Assembly: GCF_001186125.1 (NCBI RefSeq)
Contig: NW_014039770.1
Coordinates: 1-42,814 of the forward strand
DNA from: Sphaeroforma arctica JP610
Taxonomy: Eukaryota
Length of the DNA: 42,814 nucleotides
Direction of reading: 5' to 3'
Every line of letters begins with the position of its first letter. Position 1 is the stretch's first letter. The position numbers and the translations under genes are program-made. A model generated the notes under the pieces. That model was given only the letters and a program-made list of their open reading frames with translations. It ran no database searches and was not told the origin of the DNA. Shown here piece by piece: positions 26,331-36,799 of the stretch.

Positions 26331-27286
26331 GGTCCAGGACAAATGTATCACATCAAGTAGTATTGAGCGCCAAAGCCAAGAGATGATTCCGACATGATAG
26401 CATAGTTGAGGGGCTGTACAGGGGCGCCAGTCAGTATGAATTAGACAAACCATAGCAATAAATGTGTGTGACGGATGAAGGTATGTTCCTTGTTGCGTAT
26501 GATGTATGGTTGTAAGTGCAATCGATATGTAACAGTGTTTCACCATCTCACACATGAAGGAACTGTTATAATCATGACGAGTAATGTGTCACATGATGCA
26601 TTAACTGTTATAAATTCAAAGATATGTTACCATTTAGCATTAGCATAGCGGATATTGTAGTCAATAAATGAACTTTGTGCCAATCGTCGACGACACCTCC
26701 GTCTAGGCCAGTAAAGAGCGGTAGTTTTAGGGTTTAGCTAGCATTCACACGTGACTATTGATCTCGATGTCCCGTATACAGCAATCTTGTGTCTGCTAAT
26801 ACACACTTAATCGCAATCGGTAAACTCATCGATGAACTACGTATAGACCGCCAGGAAGTGTACGTCTCTACAACTGCAGCCTTGGCACTTCTGACATTTA
26901 CTACAAGCGACCTGTACCACGTACGTAAACACAATCAAGATTTACAGACTGAGCTTGACGGTTCAAACGCCATAATGTGCAACTTGGGGAATAACATAAT
27001 CTACTTTTAGCTAAACACGAAACACTGAACAGAACACGCGCAACTCTCCGACAGTCATACAAAGACTCAATCACGCCTCTAAGAACAAACAGACCAATCG
27101 ACTGACAAACCCAGTGCTCTTCAGGCTGAGCTCAATTACACGCGCATAGAACTCCAAGAAAAACTCAATATAATCGATCATCTAGAGCGCGCAACCAAGC
27201 CGAAACCAGCCACGTATGCCGACAAGTACGGTATCACTGCCGACGATCCTAGTGTTGCGCTTTCAGAGTGACCAAAATACAAAGAG

Positions 27287-28100
27287 ATGTACAAGCGCAC
27301 TAAATTGGAGAATTGGGAGAATTTCGGACCTTGTATAATAAGACTCAAGATGGAGCTCGCACGTTGTGGTGTTCTTCATCGCCTCCACCCTGCCTCTGAC
27401 AAGATATGTGGTACCGACGTACTAGTCGATGCACGATGCCGTCGTATTATGATCGACTCCATTCAGGAAGAGCTCATTAACACTGTATACAAGAACCACT
27501 ACTCTAAGTCGCCTTCCGAATTCTTTACCTATATCTGCATCACAAACAACTCTGGTAGTCACGGACGCTTCTGGGACTGCATGCAACGCCTTTTCAACTT
27601 TAAGGCATCAGGTACCACAGAGAAGACCATGCAGGCTTTGGAGGAAATTTTCCTAGGCCTCCTCGATGCTGACGAAGTTATTCCAGATGAATACCTTATC
27701 TGTGCTCTACTTTATAGTCTGGTTAACGAATACCAGCTCCTCCGATCCAATGTCTTCGATCTCGACACCGACAAACTCGATGTCAACGAGGTCTATCGCA
27801 TGCCTCTTAAATTCGAAGATGACCACCAAATTTCCGCATGCAATACTGCCACAGGAATCAACGCGCTCACTACGAAAGATTTGAATGAAGCAAAGGACAA
27901 ACGTTCACCTCGTGAGATCACATGCCCCTTATGTAAAGACATCGGTCACGGTATCGACTGCTGCTGCAAATCAATCTGCCGCAGATGCGGCTCCAGGGAT
28001 CACATTGGCAAGAAATGTCTCGTCGACAGTGCGACTCTCACATGTAGCAAGTGTGACAACAAAACAGGCCGAACAACTGAAGATACGGAGCCCTATCCAC
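27287..28100 (+). pseudogene. Copia-type gag with zinc knuckles (within ORF 27287-28492)
   Basis: KLENWENFGPCIIRLKMEL..CG (like KLxGxNYxxWxxxMxxxL), gag core and CCHC knuckles. Confidence 0.7.
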
Positions 28101-28654
28101 AGGAACTCATGCTGTACATAGTTTCACAACTCCCCGCCCTGCTACTCCACATGATCTACCTGAGTGCCACTATAAGCTTAATATACTCAATGCTACCTCA
28201 CAAGGGCCCGCGCAAACGTTACCCTTACTGCTTCACTTATCGACTCCGGAGCAGTGGTTCATATACGTTCCACACAGATGGCGTCAAAGAATTACACACT
28301 GGTTGCTTTATCGTAGAGTTCCCTGTTAAGAGTCAAATTATCCTTAATCCCAGGCCTTGGCCCAGTTCTTATTATGCCAACCGCGACTCAAAATATTTTA
28401 TTCGTACAATTACTACAACGACACAATTATGGCATATATTTCCCGCCGGAACCGAATGCCTCCGTTCCCACCGAGTGTTGCATACTCGATAACAAGTCTT
28501 ACATCCTATCCCAACCCACAATGGCCAATACACAGCGGCCAGCTTCACAGCCAGCACCATTGAGAACTGACAAGACCGGTTAGGACATCGATCCGACACA
28601 CCACAAACGCTGTCTCAGAGCAACATCACGCCTACCCCCCTACCCAAGCCTTCG

Positions 28655-29085
28655 CACGATGACTGGATGTTGAATCCTACTCTCGTTCAAAAACACGTCA
28701 CTGATGTCTTCGGCGCGATAGACATCGATCTATTTGCGCAGAAACACAATACACAGGTCTCTATCTATTGTAGCCTGGAACAAGATACACCATTGCATGA
28801 CGCCTTCAAACAGTCATGGAATCAACCAAACACACATCTTCACGGTAATATACTTTTTCGTATCAAAACATGGTGCGAGGCACTTCACAAGCTTGAAAAG
28901 GAATATGGCCTTATTACAATGGTCTTTCCACTTCAACCTAACATACACAACTACAACCAGACGAAACTTCAGTTACACTCATACGTAGAAGTCATCAAAA
29001 CCACCGCCGATACATTCTTGCAATCTGGCACCGAGATTCCCGGACCACCTAAGTGGCGATATATCTGCATTGCTCGAGTGGTCAG
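28655..29085 (+). pseudogene. Dam-like DNA N6-adenine methyltransferase domain in copia pol (motif IV reads NILF)
   Basis: DDWMLNP...FGAIDIDLFAQKHNTQVSIYCS...DAFKQSW....LHGNILF...LHKL...TMVFP...FLQSGTEIPGPPKW follows the DIRS/phage Dam pattern W-L...DLFA-x3-N...DA-x3-W...NPP[FW]. Confidence 0.75.
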
Positions 29086-29599
29086 TACTATACACACAGT
29101 TCCACCAACAACAGAGCTCCTAGACGCCAAGGCCAAATGCACATATCGTCCGCGCGCCACCCCTGTGCCCGCAAATGCGCAGACGTCCAGTGTCACGCAA
29201 AACAAAGGACGAGAATACTTTGCCACCAGTTGGAATGTCTTTCATGTTGACCTACACACGGGTTTACCTGCTTTCCCGACTGGCTATGCATACAACATCA
29301 AATATGTAGATGCTAATAGCGGACAACCTTTCATCTATCCACTCAACCACAAAGACGATACCAGTGCAACATTAGACCTCTTCTACACTGACATAGGCAA
29401 GACTACCTCGCAAATCTCCGAGAACTCAAATGCGATCGTGGTGGAGATTTTGTCTCCAAGGATTTTACCCGTATCAACACACTCCAGCACGTTATCTAGC
29501 CTAGGAGAAGACCACATTGAAGTATGCGAATGATAGAATCATTGGCCAATTTAAGTGGAAAAGAATCAGTTTTAAGTGTAAAAAAATTATTCCAGTGCT

Positions 29600-30450
29600 A
29601 CTGTCTATAATAGTGCACATGCGGACTAACGGATAAGAAAAGTTGTCTGATTTGTGGTTTTTAGCTTGACAACTGTCGCAAACCAGAGGTCCAGCTGCAA
29701 TCCTTGTCATATGGCGCTTAGTACCACAGCGACCACAGCCACGCATATACACATTGACAGTACGGTTTGTTGGCCAGTAGATAAAGCACGGTGAGCGTCC
29801 GGCTGGTGGACGCGTGCGGGTGCGGTGTGGTAGGTAAAGTGAATGACTGAATTAACCAACCTAGTATTAGGTTTGTTTGTTGAGTCATTTACCTTATTTA
29901 CTACAAAACTGGAAAGTGTTGCGAGTACTTCGATCTTAGTCCACACGATCCGCTTCTGGGAGGATTTATCTTAACCTTCCCCGTTGGGTGATAGTGCTGG
30001 CTTACCACCGGCTGATTCGCTCCTATCACAAAATTTACCCAAGACGAGATTATGACTGAACCACCCAACCTAAACCAACCGACCTGGTACTTGCCATGTC
30101 TGCGAGAAACAGCTCTTATTTTTCGGTTTTCCTTCAAGGCGATCAGAATACTTAACGAGTTGCTGAGATGTGGCTTCAGTTGACGAGAGGACTCTCTTTG
30201 CTTGACGAGAAGGGCAAAGTGCCGCTACTTTGGGCGCATTGAGAAAGTTAGGATGTTTGGATATTTGCAGTTGAGCAAGAGTAGTCTTGACGCCACGACT
30301 AACCAAGAATTGGCAAGTTTATCCCTGCTGCTTAGGCTAGAGACCAATAGGAAAATATCGATATTAAAAATCATCAGTGGAGATAAGAATTCCGCGTCGG
30401 GGCGTCTTAGAGCTTGGTGCGACGAGCGGCCTATGTACGCATGTGTTCAT
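29600..30450 (-). mobile_element. Decayed gag/LINE-ORF1-like remnant with two zinc knuckles, abutting the truncated copia integrase
   Basis: CGRCGTKRHMTR-C and CDSCQAKNHKSDN (~29640-29740), preceded by ..WTKIEVLATLSSF; broken by frameshifts. Confidence 0.5.
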
Positions 30451-30599
30451 CAGCCTCACGTTTAAAAGTAGTATCCAAGATGGGGTAGCTAGGTGCCCTT
30501 GGTTGAGGGAGCTTACTACCTCATCAGATAGATATTAAATAATCAGAGATTGCGCCTTAAGGTATTTGCTGTCCTCTCGGTATACAGGAAGGAATATAT

Positions 30600-31478
30600 A
30601 CTTGCCAAATGGTCCGTGGGAGGGTAGGATGACGGAGCGGAGTCAGAGCATGTAAGAGTTCATTTTCGATCTCTGCTGACACCCGGTGCGAACCTTCCCA
30701 GAGGTCAATATTGAGGCCATCCTTGACAAGGACAGTCCAGGACACCGTAACGCCCTTTCTGGTGAGCTGAATACTAGATAAGATAATGTCAATATTATCT
30801 AAAATAGGCCCATAACCTAAAGATACCTATGTACGGATTTACTAAAAGACCAAACTCCATTGTTGATACTAGGTAAGGCTTATAATAAATTTATTGGTCC
30901 TGTTGTCAATTCAAAGTGGACCATGCTGGTTTTTTGTAAACCAAGCTGGTTTCTTGTAAAACAGGATGTGGGGAAAAACCCATGAGTTGGGGGTTTGGTA
31001 GACAGGACTAGGTTTTACTCCGATAGTGACTTGCCAAATGGTCCGTGGGAGGGTAGGATGACAGAGCGGAGTCAGAGCATGTAAGAGTTCATTTTTGATC
31101 GCTGCTGACACCCGGTGGGAGGTGGTATCCGATATTTATTCAGATGTTGCTTTCCCAGAGATCAATATTGAAGCCATCCTTGTCAAGGACAGTCCATGAC
31201 ACCGTAGCGCCCTTTGTGGTGAGCTGAATACTAGATAAGATAATGTCAGTATTCTCTAAAATAGGCCCATAACTTAAAGAGACCTATGTACGGAGTTACT
31301 CAAAGACCAAACTCCATTGTTGATACTAGGTAAGACTTATAATAAAGCTATTGGTCCTGTTGTCAATTCAAAGTGGACCATACTGGTTTCTTGTAAACCA
31401 TGCTGATTTCTTGTAAACCATGCCATGAGTTGGGGGTTTGGTAGAAAGGAATAAACTAGGTTTTACTCCGATAGTGAG
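30600..31478. repeat. Two tandem ~430-450 bp diverged copies (30600-31028 and 31029-31478)
   Basis: acttgccaaatggtccgtgggagggtaggatga starts both units and ctaggttttactccgatagtga ends both. Confidence 0.9.
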
Positions 31479-31750
31479 GCTGTGGCCTGTGAGTGACTGG
31501 GTGTGGGCCTGTGCCCTGTGAGCCCGTGAGGCCATGAGCATGTGAGGCCGTGGAATCGTGGACGTGAGGCATGAGGCGTGAGGCTTAAGGCAGGAGAAGC
31601 GGACTCTCTCGTGGCCCCGTGTGGGCAACTGGGACCTGGGTATCGAATACGGAATAATCGCAGTCAAACAGCAGCCAGCAGGTCGCAACTCGCAAGTCGC
31701 AGCTCGCAAGTCGCAACTCGTGACTGAGTACTGACTCGTCACTTCAGCAG
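31478..31750. repeat. GC-rich 7-nt-period low-complexity repeats
   Basis: Runs such as gtgaggc/gtgggcc/atgaggc and gtcgcaa/ctcgcaa/gtcgcag. Confidence 0.6.
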
Positions 31751-32033
31751 TCGTCACAACGATGCTCATTTTACGTCCTTTTTTAAATTAAAAAAAAGAA
31801 GGAACATTGCCAAACGCGGAAATGCCAAATTGCCAATACATACCAGTGATATTTACCACTGATACCAGCTTCTCAGGGCTGTAGCCTGTAAAAGTGTAGG
31901 CTTTACGCCGCTGCGGTAGCAAGTAGCCGCCTGTAGGCCGTAGGGAGTGTAGGCTTCGCGGGCGCCTTCGCCTTCGCTGACGCTCTTTTAACACACACAC
32001 AAGTCAAAAGTGACACAAGAAGAAAATGAAGAA

Positions 32034-32877
32034 TGTAGTGCGCGAAATTGAGTAATTTGTGCTCTATATGGTTTAAGGAAAACCACCTTGTGGCAGAGAA
32101 AAGCTTTGTTAATTCGCACTGTTTACTACTCAAGTTGTAAACCTCTATAGTTGTTAGAATGAACTTATGGGCACACTTTATCTATACTTATACAGTATAA
32201 TCAGTAACTTGTGCACAACACTCAGTGTCCACTATAATAATCTACAAGATATATTACTGCATATTTAGATAACCTAGCATTAGTCTAAGCGTCTTCCACC
32301 GTAACTTATACTCATGTCGACATCCAATAGTCTTTCTAAAGGTCGATCGTTCAACAGAGCCTTGCTCATCACATCCTTCATAAAGCAACATCCATAACTT
32401 CACTCACATGTGCGCATCATCATCTTATGGCTTCACATCTGTATATTCTGAGTTCAGGTATGTATACTTCGATGTATACTGTACGATATACTGTTTTCCA
32501 CTAATCAATCTTTATCTGATGTTCATAACATCGATTCGTTATGTCGTGTGAACATCACATCTGCTCTTATCACATCATCACATTTCATCACTGCCGTGTT
32601 ATCAGGTAGTTGCACATATAATGCTGTTCTTATATCACGTACTAACCTGTTATATGCTTGTTAATAATCCTCATTCTCCAAAATGTGCCTTCTTCATGTT
32701 CAATACCAGAATCTCATATATATTATATTATCACATGTGTGCTTATATTAACCTCAACATCACAAATTATATTCTCATGTATAAATTATATATGCCTAAT
32801 ACCACACTGAAAATTATTTCATATTGGAGTAAACTTCTTCTGAATGGAATGTGGCAGAGTACGATGTGCGCATTACA
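32034..32877 (-). repeat. 3' LTR (844 bp)
   Basis: Starts tgtagtgcgc and ends gcgcattaca (10-bp imperfect inverted termini); colinear with 40602-41388; followed by cgccccctcc (PPT complement). Confidence 0.85.
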
Positions 32878-34389
32878 CGCCCCTCCACAGAGACAAGTAC
32901 CGTAATACGCGTCTCTGTGGATTCTGCACAGTGTTACCTGACTGTAGTATGAACATATATCAGCCCAATGGCATAGAACAATATACATATACAGTCGCCA
33001 GCATATCAGAAAATTCAAACATCACTTGTAGAAAACAGCAACACGAAAAATACAACACGTATGTGCCTGACCGCTTTAAGTAATTGTGTTGTGATTTCTT
33101 GTGTGACAAACACGACAATTCCGCAATGGTACAAAATGCTGCAGAAATGTGTTTGGACGGACACCTATGTGAAAAAACATCATCATCAAATCACCACAAA
33201 AGCACAACAGAAGTTCCTCAGACCCATAAATCAGATATAAAGGGTGACTTACTACTAAAACACGAGATGCACACTGTAAAAACAGACTATAGCCGTCATT
33301 GCTATGTACAACATTTAATCTATCAAACATTACTCGTGGGAGGGAACGTTACGAACCCCTCATTACCCCACATAAACTCGGAAATAGAACCACTACCCGC
33401 GCATGACAATATCAATATCCGGCACGAGTTATATAGTCGTTTTGCAATCACGTACCGGGACTTCAACAGACGTGTTGCCCAAGTACCACGACCTTACTAC
33501 AACAATCGGCCCTTCCATGCACCCTTGCGTCAAACAGATCGGGGGAATCCTACTAAACTGGAGGTGTCCTATAGCGGATTCGAGAATAGTGACAACAGCA
33601 TGCCCGCACTATTGTCGGACAGTAGCGATCGTGAGAACGAGCAATCTCAAGCGCCTTCGAGAAACCTGGACAAGGCGCACGCATACTCGAACAAATGAAC
33701 AAACGCCTGGGATACCCACATCACCTCGTAGCATTCATAAACGTGCAGCCTACCGCAATGTCCGAGCAAATAAACTAAGAGTCTTCATAGACGATATGAC
33801 ACTGGCAACCAGAGAACAAGGTATGCGAACAAATGTGACTTTGATTTTTTTATCATGTATAAAAGGTGCGGTGCTAATACAAATCGGTGGCCATTCAGGT
33901 CAACACAGAAATGTCGCATCGCACATGTATATCTAAGGGGCTATGACCACTGAGTTCTTCTTAGTAACGAATATATATATAAGTAATGTAATAGGTATAC
34001 TATTAAGATGAGATCATCTGGCGATACCAGTATCCTCATTCATCCAGTTGTCCATCTGCGTCTGGCGTAGTGATTGATTATAACCCATCTGTGTGCACAT
34101 TCGCAGCTGAGAATGGGAGACACCCGTAGATTTCAAGTATGTCACCAGCTCTGGCAAGAGCTCAAACGAGGTGACAATTGCGGTACACAATGTAGCACAA
34201 TGTTGCTCCTAGGTAGATCACACAGCTGTTGATATCGTCCCCAAACGGACCGCATCCGTTGGGCCCATTCCTTGGCTGCCTTGGATGTTAAGAAGTACAG
34301 GCAAGGCGATTAATATGTGTAGAGTCTGTCTCCTCATACTCATATTTATCCGTGTGGTAGTAATCGATGAAAGCACGATGTATCTTCAC

Positions 34390-35850
34390 TGTCTTATTCT
34401 TGTATAACAACACGTGAAGAGTAGTGCTTTCATGTCCAATGGGTTCCGCAGGAGCATACCAGTGGGCACATAGTTTATGATGGCCAATGTCACGCCAAAA
34501 TCAAACTGTTGTTCCTACTGGGATTTGTGGTGTGTCTCGCCGCGACTTGTCTGCGTTACATTGTTGTGTAAGCCGTCGTCGTGTATACAAACGAGTTGCA
34601 ATACGGTCTCTGATGACCGCAGGAAGGCCAATATCCTCGACTAGCATAGTACCAATCTTATCCTATAAGGTCAATTGTTTGGACCCATCGTACTACCAGT
34701 ATGAAGAAAGAAGGGAGAAAAGTCTGTCTGCGGCACGACTGTGGCATTATGGGCTGACGCCGCTGCGTACACATTCGACACCCAGTCATAGTATGTCGAT
34801 GACTCATTTAGGGGGCCATCCACTCTTCCTGAGTGCGTATAGCCCTCTCTACCCTTTCATTTCATCCATGATGTGCGACTGAAGTAAGATGCACAAACAT
34901 GCCTTGCTCTAACGTTCCGCAGAAGCATACCAGTGGGCACATAGTTTATGATGGCCAATGTCACGCCAAAATCGAACTGTTGTTCCTACTGGGATTTGTG
35001 GTGTGTCCCGCCGCGACTTGTCTGTGTTGCATTGTTGTGTAAGCCGTCGTCGTGTATACAAACGAGTTGCAATACGGTCTCTGATGACCGCAGGAAGGCC
35101 AATATCCTCGACTAGCATAGTACCAATCTTAACCTATAAGGTCAATTGTTGGGACCCATCGTACTACCAGTGTAAAGAAAGAAGGGAGAAAAGTCTGTCT
35201 GCGGCACGACTGTGGCATTATGAGCTGACGCCGCTGCGTACACATTCGACACCCAGTCATGGTATGTCGATGACTTATTTAGAGGGGCCATCCACTCTTC
35301 CTGAGTGCGTATAGCCCTCTCTACCCTTTCATTTCATCCATGATGTGCGACTGAAGTAAGATGTACAAACATGCCTTGCTCTAACGCGAAGTCTTTAAAA
35401 CCTCTTGCAATCGAATACACTATCCTTGTCAGCAGTAATTTGTTGAGGAAGCCCTCACGGAAACACTTGCTCACGCATGAACTTAATAACTCTCATAGAG
35501 GTTTTCATTGCTTGCGTAAAGATGCTAACCACTAATAGTTTATACATCTTATATACTGCTACCAGTACCGAGGATTCGCCAGTAGGAGCCATTGGAATGT
35601 CCACGACGTCCAGGCTCCAGTTGGCGGTAATGACCACTGTTCGCTCGGGTTGATGCAACAATCCTAAAGATTCTGGAGGTGGCCTCCCATACTGCTGGCA
35701 TTGTGCACACACCCTTCCTATCATCCGCAACTGAGGTCGTAGATTGTCCCAACCAAGCACATCTTTGGTCAAGTACTTCAAGCGGGTCTGCGCGGCGTGA
35801 GCATACGCCAAGTGGAGGTACTGCAAGGATTTGACAACTTGGGCACCTGT
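34390..35850 (-). pseudogene. Gypsy integrase (HHCC zinc finger and rve core), frameshifted and partly duplicated
   Basis: HLAYAH...VCAQCQQ (HHCC), WSLDVVDIPMAPTGESSVLVAV (first catalytic D), later DWVSNVYAAASAHNAT. Confidence 0.8.
34443..35385. repeat. Tandem duplication of the integrase core 3' half (34443-34913 and 34914-35385)
   Basis: Two highly similar 471/472 bp units, each gttccgcag...gccttgctctaac. Confidence 0.95.
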
Positions 35851-36309
35851 CAGCTCCACACCACACAACTTGCGTGTTGGACATGCCAAAAGAACAGGCC
35901 AAGGGTCCGTTGGTAGAGGAATAGCCTTGCGTCGAAGTGCAGAGCCTGCTTCACTACCCGTTTCCGCCGTAGAGGCGACGTTTACTGACACAGCGATGAC
36001 TGGTATGCCACATGTCTCTACCCTTGCTTACTCTTGTTGGCGTCGTACATATTCTATAAAACATTGCTCAGTCTTAAGTAGTGCTTGATCTAAGCTTGAC
36101 ATTCCCTCCACTTCTATTGGTGGACAAGACCCTATGACTAAAGAAGCAGCTACTTGTCGCGCCCCATTCCTCACAGCTTTGTGATCCATCTGTACCTTAA
36201 CAGCTAATTGCGTTTGTGATGGCGTACGAGGCACTGTATCCACGACGTCTTCTCCACTAGCCAAGGCTTCGCACTTTCTCCCTATATCGGCACTCAATTG
36301 TATCGTCTT

Positions 36310-36717
36310 GGGCCTAATCTACAGATGAGAGTGACGAAGGACGGTGGCCCCGCATCTTCCCGACCGTGCCTATTGAATACTCCTGCACATTTCGGGATGA
36401 CTATAGGGTCGTCGGCCAATAAGCCAACCATAATCGAGAACCAACCTGTTCAGGGCCAATATGGACAGACTAACGTGCACCAGGCTTTTCTTCCTTTGCC
36501 TTCTGTACTACTGCTGGTAACAGAGTCCAAGGGGGATTAAAGAACCAGTTTACACTGGGGTCGCCCCAGTGTCGTACAAATACCCCCCCCCTTTTAACGT
36601 AGGAACACAGTAATTAGGGAGTATCGCATTGCCGGGGAGTGCAAACTCGTCAGCCGTATGTGGCCCCCAACGTTTATCGGCAGCGCGGAAGTATTGAGAC
36701 GTCAATTGGTATTCTTC
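36310..36717 (-). pseudogene. Dam-like DNA N6-adenine methyltransferase domain in gypsy pol, NPPW motif retained
   Basis: EEYQLTSQYFRAADKRWGPHTADEFALPGNAILPNYC, then after a frameshift NWFFNPPWTLLPAVVQKAKEE (NPPW at 36529-36540), TLVCPYWP*TGWFSIM and VFNRHGREDAGPPSFVTLICRL. Confidence 0.85.
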
Positions 36718-36799
36718 TGTGGAAGGCATAGACACCAGGGGATCAGCGAAGTGTACTCGAAGATCCTCACTGCCCCCTCTTAGGCGCAAAATAGGGTCT

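Larger units (their letters stand above)
26760..29533 (+). mobile_element. Decayed Ty1/copia element: gag - protease - pre-integrase HH motif - Dam-like adenine methyltransferase - integrase (3' truncated)
   Basis: Gag LEEIF..L...DEVIPDEYLICALLYSLVNEY with knuckles CPLCKDIGHGIDCC and CRRCGSRDHIGKKC; protease LIDSGAVVH (28236-28262, frameshifted); N*QDRLGH (28565-28588); MTase motifs; integrase FHVDLHTGLPAFPTGYAYNIKYVDANSGQPFIYPLNHKDD. Confidence 0.8.

Noticed and set aside
33555..33615. KLEVSYSGFENSDNSM, resembling a chromodomain
   Set aside because: Lacks the conserved tryptophans and is on the opposite strand to integrase.
34020..34300. Possible tyrosine recombinase or chromodomain remnant after integrase
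   Set aside because: No R-H-x-x-R-Y or aromatic-cage motifs readable in any frame, so a DIRS identity is not supported.
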